This document shows, piece after piece, positions 18,653 through 28,236 of a stretch of 64,000 nt of DNA. The translations under genes were made by a program, and so were the position numbers. Below the pieces are notes generated by a model. It saw nothing but the letters and a program-made list of their open reading frames with translations, was not told the origin of the DNA and did no database searches. Numbering within the stretch: the first letter of the stretch is position 1; the number at the start of each line of letters is the position of its first letter. This DNA is from Candidatus Woesebacteria bacterium (GTDB taxonomy: Bacteria > Patescibacteriota > Saccharimonadia > Saccharimonadales > EFPC-124), in NCBI GenBank assembly GCA_050115675.1, contig JASFQB010000005.1, positions 22,556 to 86,555 on the forward strand, in the 5' to 3' direction.

Positions 18653-19867
18653 ATGCTGACTTTTGTATACACAGCTCGTGATACTACAACAAACAAGGTG
18701 GTGAGTTCTACTGTTCAGGCTGAGTCCGAGCGGGCAGCTGCAAAGCTTTTGATGGCGCAGGGGATAGTTCCGCTAGAGATTGTTGAGCAAAGTAAAAAGC
18801 AGAACTTTTTGCAAAAGTTCATGAACCGCGTAAGCACTAAAGAAAAAATTATTTTTACGCGTCAGCTGGCAACTCTTATTAATGCTGGATTGCCCTTGGC
18901 TCAAAGCTTGCATACGCTTGCCGATCAAACTCAAAGCAAGCAGTTTAAGGCTGATATAAACGACATTATCACCTCGATAGAAGGTGGCTCGTCTTTGTCG
19001 GTTGCTTTTGCAAAGCACCCAACTGTGTTTGATGATGTGTACATAGCCTTAATTGCAGCCGGAGAGGTTTCTGGTACGCTAGATCAGGCTTTGGAGCGAA
19101 TAGCGGATCAACAAGAAAAAGACGCAGAAATGCTAGGCAAGGTTAGGGGTGCTATGGTCTATCCTGCCATTGTTTTGGTAGTCATTGTTGGTGTTATTGC
19201 CTTTATGATGTTTACCGTGGTTCCGCAAATCCAACGCTTGTACAGCGATTTAAAGCAAGAACTACCATTTACTACAGCCTTGATGGTGAATGTTACTAGC
19301 TTTTTTGCAACGTACTGGTGGCTTGTTGTAATAATTGTAGTCGCTATAATTTACTTTGCACGAAGGTACTTTATGACGGATGCTGGCCGCGAAGTCATTG
19401 ACACATTTAAGCTTAGGATGCCATTATTCGGGCCTTTATTCCAAAAACTTTACATGGCGCGCTTTACTAGAACAGGTCAAACTTTGCTTGCCACTGGCGT
19501 GCCTATGTTGGAGATGTTGCGTATATCGTCTAACTCTGTAAACAATGTTGTTGTTGCAAAGTCAATTATGCGTGCGGCAGAGAAAGTCAAAGGTGGAAAG
19601 GCTCTGTCTGTTGCACTTAAGAACGATGATAATATTTTACCTTTGGTTTCGCAAATGATAAGTGTTGGCGAGCAGTCTGGTGGAATAGACAAAATGATGG
19701 GCAAGGCTGCAACTTATTACGAAAATGAGCTTGATACTGCCATAAGGTCAATATCAACGGCCATAGAGCCAATATTGATGGTTGTTTTAGCTTTAATGGC
19801 AGGATTTATGGTGGGCGCCATTCTTTTGCCTGTGTACCAACTAGTGGATAGTAATCCAACTTTATAA
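18653..19867 (+). CDS. pilC: Pilus platform protein PilC (GspF family)
   Basis: 404 aa with two GspF repeats, three TM segments and the typical 'F.RQLATLINAGLPL' motif. Confidence 0.88.
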   Translation: MLTFVYTARDTTTNKVVSSTVQAESERAAAKLLMAQGIVPLEIVEQSKKQNFLQKFMNRVSTKEKIIFTRQLATLINAGLPLAQSLHTLADQTQSKQFKADINDIITSIEGGSSLSVAFAKHPTVFDDVYIALIAAGEVSGTLDQALERIADQQEKDAEMLGKVRGAMVYPAIVLVVIVGVIAFMMFTVVPQIQRLYSDLKQELPFTTALMVNVTSFFATYWWLVVIIVVAIIYFARRYFMTDAGREVIDTFKLRMPLFGPLFQKLYMARFTRTGQTLLATGVPMLEMLRISSNSVNNVVVAKSIMRAAEKVKGGKALSVALKNDDNILPLVSQMISVGEQSGGIDKMMGKAATYYENELDTAIRSISTAIEPILMVVLALMAGFMVGAILLPVYQLVDSNPTL

Positions 19868-19952
19868 AAAGGTCTTGCAAAATTTATGTTTTTGCCCGAT
19901 AATCATAAGCGTTATATCAGTTAAACTCTGATCACGAAAGGGTGAGGGTAAA

Positions 19953-20429
19953 ATGAAAAAACTAGACCAAAAAACACATGATGGTGGCTTTACTATCATT
20001 GAGGTCGTGTTGGTGCTTGCCATAGCAGCTTTGATCTTTTTGATCGTCTTCTTGGCATTGCCAGCATTGCAGCGATCTCAGCGTGACACAGCACGCAAAA
20101 ACGATGTTAGCCGATTTATTTCGCAGTTAACAAACTACCAATCTAACAACCAGGGTGCAATTCCTGCTAATACTGGCTGGGCAGGTTTTGTTAGCTCGTA
20201 CATGACGGTGGGTGGACAATCGTTTGCAGATCCGCAAACGGGCAGCTACACATTGAATGTTCTTGCCTCTACTGCAACAGCACCCACAAGCACAATTGGC
20301 ACTGTAAATATCTACCCTGGTGGAGTTTGCGATAGTGATTTGACCAATGGCGTGACTGCTGGTTCAGCACGACAGGTTGCAATTGTTATGCCTGTTGAGC
20401 AAGGTGGCTTTTACTGTCAAAACAACTAG
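19953..20429 (+). CDS. pilA: Major type IV pilin (prepilin with class-III signal)
   Basis: 'MKKLDQKTHDGG|FTIIEVVLVLAIAAL' (Gly-1, Phe+1, Glu+5). C-terminal Cys pair (GGVCDSD...FYCQNN). Own RBS GGGTGAGGG and a strong terminator. Confidence 0.85.
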   Translation: MKKLDQKTHDGGFTIIEVVLVLAIAALIFLIVFLALPALQRSQRDTARKNDVSRFISQLTNYQSNNQGAIPANTGWAGFVSSYMTVGGQSFADPQTGSYTLNVLASTATAPTSTIGTVNIYPGGVCDSDLTNGVTAGSARQVAIVMPVEQGGFYCQNN

Positions 20430-20443
20430 TTTGTAATTTATTT

Positions 20444-20478
20444 AAAAAAGTAGTTCCAATGCTGGGACTACTTTTTTT
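20444..20478 (+). terminator. Rho-independent terminator after pilA
   Basis: aaaaaagtagttcc / gggactacttttttt stem (one mismatch) with a T7 run. Confidence 0.75.
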
Positions 20479-20507
20479 ATTCACATAAAACTGATAGCAT
20501 AAGTAAG

Positions 20508-21308
20508 ATGGTAGAGCTAGTAATGATATTGCTGGGATTGGCTTTTGGTAGTTTTATAACTGCTTTTACTTGGCGCTTGCATGAAAAAAAAGACTTTGTA
20601 GCAGGTCGTTCGGAGTGTGAGAGTTGCGGACATGTATTGAGCGTGTTGGATCTATTGCCAGTAATAAGCTGGGTCTTCTTACGTGGTAGATGTAGATATT
20701 GTAAAAAAAGAATAAGCTGGGCCAATCCTCTGCTTGAGCTATCTATGGCTGTGTTATTCTTGTTGTCCTACATTTTTTGGCCATATTCTTTTGATCAGTG
20801 GCAAGCTTTGGCAGCGTTTGCTATTTGGTTGGTTTATCTCGTATTGTTAATGTCTTTGGTGGTTTACGATTTAAGGTGGATGCTTCTTCCAAATGCTGTA
20901 GTATTTCCGCTTATTGCGCTCGGTCTGATTGACGCGGCGCTTGTAGTGAGCTTGCAAGGGAGCATATCTTTGGCAGCGTATTTGTCACATATAGCTCTTG
21001 GGGCATGCGCTTTGGGTGGATTTTATTGGGTGCTGTATGAAGTCTCAAAGGGCAGATGGGTAGGATTTGGCGATGTAAAATTGGGTGTTTTTATGGGCAT
21101 AGTGCTTGGTTGGCAGCAAGCGCTGATGGTGTTATTTGCTGCAAACGTAATAGGGCTGGTCGTGATTTTACCTGCCTTAATGATGGGTAAGTTAGGGATG
21201 AAAACAAGATTACCCTTTGGTCCTTTTTTGATCGCAGGATTTATTATTGTAGGGCTGTTCGGTAATAAAATCATTAACTGGTATATTAGTGCACTTATAG
21301 TTGGATAA
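20508..21308 (+). CDS. pilD: Prepilin peptidase/N-methyltransferase family (A24) PilD
   Basis: N-terminal CxxC...CxxC ('CESCGH...CRYCKK'), polytopic, catalytic Asp motifs 'GFGDVKL' and 'PFGPFL'. Confidence 0.88.
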   Translation: MVELVMILLGLAFGSFITAFTWRLHEKKDFVAGRSECESCGHVLSVLDLLPVISWVFLRGRCRYCKKRISWANPLLELSMAVLFLLSYIFWPYSFDQWQALAAFAIWLVYLVLLMSLVVYDLRWMLLPNAVVFPLIALGLIDAALVVSLQGSISLAAYLSHIALGACALGGFYWVLYEVSKGRWVGFGDVKLGVFMGIVLGWQQALMVLFAANVIGLVVILPALMMGKLGMKTRLPFGPFLIAGFIIVGLFGNKIINWYISALIVG

Positions 21309-21343
21309 TAGCGCCTGTTTTAGTTAATCGAATATTAAGCTTA

Positions 21344-21352
21344 TGGTATAAT
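21344..21352 (+). promoter_or_regulatory. Extended -10 element TGgTATAAT
   Basis: 10 nt upstream of ATG 21362. The same ttatggtataat string precedes tmRNA. Confidence 0.4.
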
Positions 21353-21361
21353 TTTAATCAA

Positions 21362-22204
21362 ATGGGTATAAAGTGTTTTACAAGCGCGAGAAAGATTGTT
21401 GATAGGGCAGGTGTACTGCGATGTCCTTGTGATAATGATGGACAATCAGGTTATACGATTACCGAGATAAGCTTATTTTTGGGGATAAGTGGTCTTTTAA
21501 TACTGTTAGTGTTGATGGGTAGCGGTGCCACAATACAGGCTACACGCTTTACGGATAGCAGCAGATCTTTGCACGCTTTCATACAAAAACAGTACGACAA
21601 TATTTTAAATGGCGTTAACACTCGTAATGCCGATATAGCTTGTGATTCTGGCGTGATAGATTCGAGTCCGGCAAAAGGCGATGAAGTTGGCACTACAAAC
21701 TGCCTATTGATGGGTAGGTTGGTTGTATTGGATCAAGATAGTGTGGTCGCTACAGCGTATTCGATCATTGGCGTAGAGCCAGCAAATCCAGACTATAACC
21801 AGCCTGATGCAGAACTTATTCATGATTTTAATCCAATAATCGTCAGAGATATCGATACCGAGCAGTTTACTATTCCCTGGGGTGCAAGCGTTGTAGGCAG
21901 CAAACGTTCTAGTGATTCTACAAAAGTTAATGCCTTTGCTATGATTCGTAGCCCACGCTCTACGAGGGTACTTTTTTACACATATCAAGAACCTTTGACA
22001 AGCTATAATCTTGCAGAGCTAGTTAATCCTAACCTTGCAGAAGACGACAATAATTTTAGTTCGTCAACAAACACAAGCAATTTTTGTCTAAGAAGTGCGG
22101 ACACTTTTGCTGTAATGTCAAGAATCAAAATTGCGGGTGGGCAAGGCCAGGATGCAATTGGACTATCGTTTGACGCGACGACGGAGGATTGCAATGGCAA
22201 TTAA
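21362..22204 (+). CDS. Minor pilin-like protein (long leader)
   Basis: '...GQSG|YTITEISLFLGISGLLILLVL' prepilin-type cleavage motif with Glu+5. 280 aa. Confidence 0.6.
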   Translation: MGIKCFTSARKIVDRAGVLRCPCDNDGQSGYTITEISLFLGISGLLILLVLMGSGATIQATRFTDSSRSLHAFIQKQYDNILNGVNTRNADIACDSGVIDSSPAKGDEVGTTNCLLMGRLVVLDQDSVVATAYSIIGVEPANPDYNQPDAELIHDFNPIIVRDIDTEQFTIPWGASVVGSKRSSDSTKVNAFAMIRSPRSTRVLFYTYQEPLTSYNLAELVNPNLAEDDNNFSSSTNTSNFCLRSADTFAVMSRIKIAGGQGQDAIGLSFDATTEDCNGN

Positions 22205-22751
22205 AAGCCAAAGAGGTGATACGCTAGTTGAAGTTCTAATGGCTGTGGTGATTTTGAGTTTGGTTATTGTTGGTGCGATAACAATGATGTCACGCGGTCT
22301 TAGCGCAGCTCAGATTGCAGTAGAGCATACGCAGGTAAGACAAAGCATAAATGGTCAAACAGAAATGTTACGCTACCTACGTGACGCATATTTGTTAGAC
22401 AAAAATGGTTCTGCTGCGCAAGCTTGGGAGTCGTTATTTAGTGGATCTTCGTTATATGCCAACAATGTTCCTTCATCGTATGGTGGGGCTTGTGCGGTTA
22501 CTGCAAATAAAACTGGTTTTTATTTAGAGCAGTCTGGATCTAATGTTAATGTTATTGCGTTTGATTCTGCTAATAAGCCAACAACAGTAGCATTGCCTGG
22601 TCAGGGTTTATGGATAGAAGCCACACGTTCTGCATCAGGAATATCGCCAGCCTATGTTGATTTTCAGATAAGGGCTTGTTGGCAGGGTGTTGGTAGCTCA
22701 GCTGAGCAGCAAACGGTAACCGTGGAGAGATTGTATGATCCAGCACACTAA
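22194..22751 (+). CDS. Minor pilin-like protein
   Basis: ATG 22194 gives 'MAIKSQRG|DTLVEVLMAVVILSLVIVG' (Glu+5). Overlaps the upstream gene by 11 nt. The longer 22131 start is unlikely. Confidence 0.6.
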   Translation: MAIKSQRGDTLVEVLMAVVILSLVIVGAITMMSRGLSAAQIAVEHTQVRQSINGQTEMLRYLRDAYLLDKNGSAAQAWESLFSGSSLYANNVPSSYGGACAVTANKTGFYLEQSGSNVNVIAFDSANKPTTVALPGQGLWIEATRSASGISPAYVDFQIRACWQGVGSSAEQQTVTVERLYDPAH

Positions 22752-23370
22752 ATCTAATCAGTCAGGTTTTACTCTTGTGGAATTGACGTTAGCTATGGCG
22801 TTTGTGTCGTTTATTTTGTTGTTTATAGTTTTTGCTATGATAGAAATTATGGGTGATTACAACAAGGGGATTGTAGTCAAAGAGATTAATCAAACTGCGC
22901 GCACTATTGTTGAAGAAATGGGCAGGCTAAGTAGATCTACGGACGCATCTGCAATCAATACCTCGGCACAGGCCGAAGGAAGGCTTTGTTTTGGTAGTGT
23001 GAGTTATGCGTGGAATGTTCGTGGTAACGAGCTGGATAATAAATTTACAGACAACAGTCTTGTTGGCTTGGTCCGAGTGGAGGATCCAGCCGGTTCTTTG
23101 TGCGGATTAGTGTCTGGATCTTACCCTCAGATTGATCGCGCAAGTGCCATAGATTTAATAAGCGACCAAGTATGGGTGCAAAATTTAAATGCTCAGGTAA
23201 GCGGCAATCAAAAGCTTGTAGATATTGATTTAAAGCTGTCAACTGCGGGAGACAACAGGCCAACAGGAGTTGGTCCAAGCGGTTACATATGTGAAGGCGG
23301 AAAAATTGGTAACTTCTGTGCGGTAGCAGAGTTTAATACTACAGTTAGCACAAGAAACGGAGGGGAATGA
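22735..23370 (+). CDS. Minor pilin-like protein
   Basis: 'MIQHTKSNQSG|FTLVELTLAMAFVSFILL' canonical prepilin N-terminus. Confidence 0.7.
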   Translation: MIQHTKSNQSGFTLVELTLAMAFVSFILLFIVFAMIEIMGDYNKGIVVKEINQTARTIVEEMGRLSRSTDASAINTSAQAEGRLCFGSVSYAWNVRGNELDNKFTDNSLVGLVRVEDPAGSLCGLVSGSYPQIDRASAIDLISDQVWVQNLNAQVSGNQKLVDIDLKLSTAGDNRPTGVGPSGYICEGGKIGNFCAVAEFNTTVSTRNGGE

Positions 23371-24551
23371 TGAAGATTGCTAGGCGAAACATACAACCGA
23401 AAGAAGAAGGGTTTGTATCAATTTTTACAGTAATATTCTTTATGATGCTGGTCTCGGTGATTACCATTGGTTTTTTGCGCATCATGACGATAGAGCAACG
23501 TCAATCGCTTGATAACGATCTAACAGCAAGTGCGTTGGCCTCCGCAGAGTCTGGAATAGAAGATGCAAAAAGGGCAATATTAAAATACGCAAACATGCCC
23601 AATGGTGCCGAAAAAAATGCGCTAAGAAGTGCTTTAACTTCAAATGAATGTAATGCACTACTAGATAATGCAACAGCAAATAGTATTGGAATCAACGCAG
23701 ACGGCAGTATAACTGGCGATCCAGACCTTAATCAATATTACACATGCTTAAGCGTTAATCTATACTCGGCTGATTATTTGGGCGACTCGTCTGCGGGTGT
23801 AAGTGAATATGTACCACTTCGAACAGAAAGCGACGATCAGTTTGATCAAATTAAAATATCGTGGCATATGGTTAGCAACGCAATTGGCACGGATGGTGAT
23901 GGTCGCCCAAGCAACTATGCCTTGTCTACGGCCTTTCCAAAAGTGACAGGAGATGCGCAAAGCTGGGGTTCGCGTGGCTATCCTGCATATATGCGCGTGC
24001 AGCTTTACGGCTACCCCGAAGGATCTTTTACGCGCGATAATGTGAATGATCGTACACGTGCAGTATTTTTGGTACCAAGCGTAGTGGGAATAACAGAAGG
24101 TACAGCAATATCTACAACGGTGTCTGATCCGACTCCGCACGAATTCGACAATGATAAATCTGCAGTACAGGCTATACAGTGTAAAGATACTCCAGCGACC
24201 GTAAGTGAAGGGGAGTACGCCTGTACGGCCACAATATCGTTGCCCGATGACCCAACTTTAAGAGGCAATAATAATGAGTACTATCTACGCGTTACGCCTT
24301 TATATGGCGCTACTCACTATAAAATTCAGCTAATTGACAGTAGTAAAGCAGAAATTGTTAATTTTAGCGAGGTTCAGCCAATTGTTGATGTTACGGGTCG
24401 CGCCAGTGACGTTTATCGTAGAGTGCAGGCTAGAGTGCGTATGCAGTCCGTGGGAGATCTTCCAGAATACGCTGTTGAAAGTGCAGATGATATTTGTAAG
24501 AACATGCAGGTATCAGACGGTAGCTTTTATCAAGCAAATAGTTGCCCTTGA
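23367..24551 (+). CDS. PilX-like large minor pilin / tip-associated protein
   Basis: '...PKEEG|FVSIFTVIFFMMLVSVITIGFLRIMTIEQRQS' (PilX_N-like, no Glu+5). 394 aa. Last gene of the locus. Confidence 0.55.
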   Translation: MMKIARRNIQPKEEGFVSIFTVIFFMMLVSVITIGFLRIMTIEQRQSLDNDLTASALASAESGIEDAKRAILKYANMPNGAEKNALRSALTSNECNALLDNATANSIGINADGSITGDPDLNQYYTCLSVNLYSADYLGDSSAGVSEYVPLRTESDDQFDQIKISWHMVSNAIGTDGDGRPSNYALSTAFPKVTGDAQSWGSRGYPAYMRVQLYGYPEGSFTRDNVNDRTRAVFLVPSVVGITEGTAISTTVSDPTPHEFDNDKSAVQAIQCKDTPATVSEGEYACTATISLPDDPTLRGNNNEYYLRVTPLYGATHYKIQLIDSSKAEIVNFSEVQPIVDVTGRASDVYRRVQARVRMQSVGDLPEYAVESADDICKNMQVSDGSFYQANSCP

Positions 24552-24555
24552 TTTC

Positions 24556-25482
24556 TTACTCGGGCGATGAATGGAATCTCTCGTGAATCTCTTTTAGGTG
24601 AGGATCCGTAACATGAGTATACACCTGTGTTGTAGCAATATTGCTATGCCCTAACATAACTTGTACGCTGCGTATGTCAGCGCCGTTCATTAACAGCCCA
24701 GTAGCAAAAGAATGTCTCAGCGTGTGCGGAGATACCGTTTTTGTAATGCCTGCTAGCGAGGCATATCTAGAAACAATGCGCTGTATACTACGTGAAGTGA
24801 GGCGTCCGTAGTCGCCACTGTTGTCTACGTGCTCGGCACCGCCATATCTAATAAAAAGCGGTCTTAGGCTGTCTGTGCGCGCTGCCAAATAGCCATCCAC
24901 TAATAATGCTGCATCATCACTGATGAACACTGGTCGATCTTTCTGGCCTTTTCCGCGAATCCTAAACTCTTTTCTTTTAAGATTTATGCTGTCTTTGTTT
25001 AGGCTTACTAGCTCAGAAACGCGAAGTCCGCTTGAGTAGAGTAGCCCAATAATTGCTCGATCTCGCAAGCCTATTAATGTGTCTGCGCAGAGCGTAGAAA
25101 ATAATCTTTGCAGCTCATCTTCATTTAAAAAACTTACTTGTTTGCGTACGATTTTAGGTAGCTCTACCTTTTCTGGAGTAATTGACTCGATACCCCTTTT
25201 AGAGCAATAGCCTAAAAAACTGCGCAAAGCTATAAGATGGTATGCTTGTGTGATGGTTGATAACTCGTCGCCTTGATCGTTTTTGTATCTTGCTAGCCAT
25301 AGTCGCCATTTTCTAATTAGCTCGTCGTCAATTTTACATGCGTCAATATCACCAGCAAATTCAACGAGCCTATTTAAATAAAGGTGGTAGTTTTCTGATG
25401 TCTTTTGGGATCGATTTTTCTCGATCTCTAAGTATTCTAAAAAATCAATAATTAATTCAGAGATATACATAACCATAATCAT
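24556..25482 (-). CDS. Tyrosine recombinase XerC/XerD family
   Basis: 308 aa with an N-terminal SAM-like domain, 'R...HTLRHSFATGLLMNGADIRSVQVMLGHSNIATTQVYTHV' and the catalytic Tyr. Confidence 0.88.
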   Translation of the reverse strand: MIMVMYISELIIDFLEYLEIEKNRSQKTSENYHLYLNRLVEFAGDIDACKIDDELIRKWRLWLARYKNDQGDELSTITQAYHLIALRSFLGYCSKRGIESITPEKVELPKIVRKQVSFLNEDELQRLFSTLCADTLIGLRDRAIIGLLYSSGLRVSELVSLNKDSINLKRKEFRIRGKGQKDRPVFISDDAALLVDGYLAARTDSLRPLFIRYGGAEHVDNSGDYGRLTSRSIQRIVSRYASLAGITKTVSPHTLRHSFATGLLMNGADIRSVQVMLGHSNIATTQVYTHVTDPHLKEIHERFHSSPE

Positions 25483-25564
25483 TATACCAGCAAACCCTTA
25501 AGAACAAAAAAATTATTCAAAATTAACAGTAGTATAGGCATGGCAAATAGGCTACAATATACCT

Positions 25565-26347
25565 ATGACTATATTTGAAGCAATAACACTCGGACTAGTA
25601 CAGGGCATAACAGAATTTATTCCCGTTTCGAGTTCTGGACATCTTGTAATAGCCGAACACTTTTTAGGAATAGCACCTCCCTACGTTTTTAGTTCGTTAA
25701 TTAATCTTGGTACATTTTTGGCCCTGGTGATTTATTTTCGTAAAAAAATACTACAAATCTGTTGTGATATTTTTATTAAAGGCAACTATAGGCTTGCGCG
25801 AAACATTGTAATTTCTGCAATTCCTGTTGGTATAGCTGGTGTATTGTTGTCAGATTTATTTGAACAAATTCAAACACCACAAGTTGTAGCGATAATGCTG
25901 GTAGTTTTGGGGTTGTTGATGATAACTCTAGATCTTTTACCAAGGCTATCGAGTGTAAAAGATGCCGAACAATTAAGTGCAAAACGAGCTGGTTTCATAG
26001 GTGTCATGCAGGCAGGCGCGTTAATTCCAGGTGTGTCTAGGTCAGGGTCAACAATCGTAGCTGGCAGGTTGGCTGGATTGTCGTATGAGCAGGCTGCAGA
26101 GTACAGTTTTTTGCTTTCTATTCCTGTGATGCTTGGCGTGTTGTTAAAAGGACTTGCAAGCAGTGAGGGTATTTCATTTATACAAAACAACATTGTTTCA
26201 TTTACGGTGAGTGTAATTGTTGCATTCTTGTCTGGTATGTTTGCGGTTGGTTTTATGTTGCGTTATTTACAGCGTGGAAACCTAAAAATTTTTGGGTTAT
26301 ACAGAATAATTCTAGCGGCAGTGGTTTTACTAGCGCTGGCTTTTTAG
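25565..26347 (+). CDS. uppP: Undecaprenyl-diphosphate phosphatase
   Basis: 'GLVQGITEFIPVSSSGHL' and 'PGVSRSGSTI' BacA/UppP motifs. Confidence 0.9.
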   Translation: MTIFEAITLGLVQGITEFIPVSSSGHLVIAEHFLGIAPPYVFSSLINLGTFLALVIYFRKKILQICCDIFIKGNYRLARNIVISAIPVGIAGVLLSDLFEQIQTPQVVAIMLVVLGLLMITLDLLPRLSSVKDAEQLSAKRAGFIGVMQAGALIPGVSRSGSTIVAGRLAGLSYEQAAEYSFLLSIPVMLGVLLKGLASSEGISFIQNNIVSFTVSVIVAFLSGMFAVGFMLRYLQRGNLKIFGLYRIILAAVVLLALAF

Positions 26348-26410
26348 CTTAGCCCATTGATATAACCGTCAATAACATCTACAATGTTCATAAAATTTTA
26401 GGAGAAATAA

Positions 26411-27040
26411 ATGACCAAGCTACATCCAGCACTTAGCCCAATCAAATTTCAACGTACTTTTTGTATGATTAAGCCTGACGGCGTTATGCGTGGATTAGTG
26501 GGTGACATTATCCGCCGAATAGAAAAGTCTGGACTTAAAGTTGTTGCCTTAAAAATGGAGCGTGCCGACGAGGAACTTGTGCGCAATCATTATCCAATGA
26601 GCGATGAGGCATGGGTTTATCGCCTTGGCGAAAAAAGTCTGAGCGGTTTTGACAATCTAGATAATATTGATGCTTTAGAAATATTGGGCACAACTGACAG
26701 AGCGGCTTTGGGTAAAGAAGTGACAGAAAGCCTAGTTGCATATTTGACATCTGGTCCAGTTGTTTGCATGGTGGTTGAGGGTATTCAGGCAATTGACATG
26801 GTTCGTAAATTGGCAGGCCACACTTTGCCATTTAAAGCAGACGTTGGAACAATTCGCGGAGATTACTCGGTAGACAGCCCTGCAATTGCTAACGCAGAAA
26901 AACGTTCAATTCATAACTTATTCCACGCAAGCGAAAACGCCCAAGAAGCAGAAAACGAAATTACTTTGTGGTTTGGCAAAGATAAAACTCACAGCTACAT
27001 GCGTTCTGGCGAAGATGTAATGTACAGCAAGCATTACTAA
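26411..27040 (+). CDS. ndk: Nucleoside-diphosphate kinase (long form with insertions)
   Basis: 'RTFCMIKPDGVMRGLVGDIIRRIEKSGLKVVALKM', 'GTIRGDY', catalytic 'NLFHASE'. 209 aa versus roughly 140-150 in canonical forms. Confidence 0.85.
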   Translation: MTKLHPALSPIKFQRTFCMIKPDGVMRGLVGDIIRRIEKSGLKVVALKMERADEELVRNHYPMSDEAWVYRLGEKSLSGFDNLDNIDALEILGTTDRAALGKEVTESLVAYLTSGPVVCMVVEGIQAIDMVRKLAGHTLPFKADVGTIRGDYSVDSPAIANAEKRSIHNLFHASENAQEAENEITLWFGKDKTHSYMRSGEDVMYSKHY

Positions 27041-27057
27041 AAATAGTGTATAATAAT

Positions 27058-27087
27058 AGAGCGGTCTAAAGTCCGCTCTATATTTTT
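27058..27087 (+). terminator. Rho-independent terminator after ndk
   Basis: agagcgg/ccgctct stem followed by aTaTTTTT. Confidence 0.7.
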
Positions 27088-27164
27088 GCCTCGGTAGCTC
27101 AGCTGGATAGAGCACCTCCGTCCTAAGGAGGGTGCCGGGGGTTCGAATCCCTCCCGGGGTACCA
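27088..27164 (+). tRNA. tRNA-Arg (anticodon CCT)
   Basis: Hand-folded cloverleaf: acceptor gcctcgg/ccggggt, D arm gctc..gagc, anticodon stem cctcc/ggagg with loop gtCCTaa, T arm ggggg-ttcgaat-ccctc, encoded CCA. Confidence 0.85.
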
Positions 27165-28165
27165 TATTTCCCTGATCATCATTTTTGAGCTTGAACAGCT
27201 CGTTTAACTTCGGTGGTTCCACCGAAGTTTTGTTTGCAGAAAGTAAGTCGCCATAGTTTGGTGCACTGTTGAATAACAGGCCAAAGAAGTTGGCTTTTTG
27301 CACTGGATCAATCTGTTTTACGAGCAAATCTTCTAGATGCTGCAATTAATTACCGTTTCTGAGCTAACGAGCTTGATCTTATCAACCAATGCTTTCGCCT
27401 GCGCTCGCAGTGTGTTTATATGCGTTTCAATGCGCTGCTCTTCGTCTACGACTGATTGGTTTCGTTGTGTCCAGACGGTTTCCACGGCCGCTAGGAGCCC
27501 GTCGATTCGTGCCTCTTCGTATTTGACCCGGTGTACGAAATCGGCAATGGTCGTTTCAAAATCTTTTTTAGGCACGCGGAAGCAGTGGCCACGCTTGTTG
27601 TAGTGGTAGGCCGGGTAAAGTTTGCCCATCTTGCCGCGTGTAGAGCTGTCAAAGAGTGGTTTTTCGCACTCGGGACGCACAGACGATCTTATGGTATGAA
27701 AACTCGGCGTTCCGCGTACTTTTGGGAGTTGCGTAGCGCTCCTCAGTCGGCCTTTCGTACAGAAATATAGCCCCATCTTTCTCGCCGATCACGAGCTTGC
27801 CTTTATTGGCGGCATTGAATAGCTCGTAAGAAATTAGGCCAGCGAATTGCCCTCTAACAGCCTTGTTGTCTGTTTACTTTTCGCAAATAATGCCGGCGTA
27901 TATTGGATTTGCGATGTATCGCCAGAACGTTTTAATGTCAAGCTTCTTGCCGCCTCGTTTGCCAATAGCCTGAGTACGCTCCTGTGTACTCCTGAGCGTT
28001 TGCGTGCGTGACTTATAGCCAAGCTTATTTATCTCGTCTACGATTTGTCGGTCGTCTAAAGTCCTTCTGGCGCGTAACTCAAACATTTTGGTTATGAATT
28101 CGGATTCGGTGGGGCACGGTCGTAGCGCTAACTGTTCCCCATGCTGCGTATCTGTGCAGTTAAAG
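27165..28165 (-). pseudogene. Large serine recombinase remnant: catalytic N-domain missing, at least 3 frame disruptions
   Basis: Recombinase-domain piece 'EFITKMFELRARRTLDDRQIVDEINKLGYKS...FWRYIANPIYAGIICEK*' (28086-27874). A shifted piece 'LISYELFNAANKGKL'. A zinc-ribbon and coiled-coil piece 'CEKPLFDSSTRGKMGKLYPAYHYNKRGHCFRVPK...RIETHINTLRAQAKALVDKIK' (27776-27333). A further-shifted C-terminal piece (27345-27165) that runs into the tRNA. Confidence 0.7.
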
Positions 28166-28236
28166 CTTGTCGCTAAAAAATAGCAAGATATCCAAACAGG
28201 AATCCTCCGTAAGGGAGACTTAAAAGATTAGTATCT

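Noticed and set aside
20477-20725. 82-aa minus-strand ORF overlapping the pilA terminator and the pilD 5' end.
   Set aside because: It is antisense to a well-supported pilD frame and begins inside a terminator hairpin, with no motif support.
27037-27345. 102-aa minus-strand ORF that reads through tRNA-Arg.
   Set aside because: Only its upstream part (27345-27165) looks like the displaced C-terminal tail of the recombinase remnant. The rest is the antisense of the tRNA and the ndk terminator. I treat it as part of the pseudogene.
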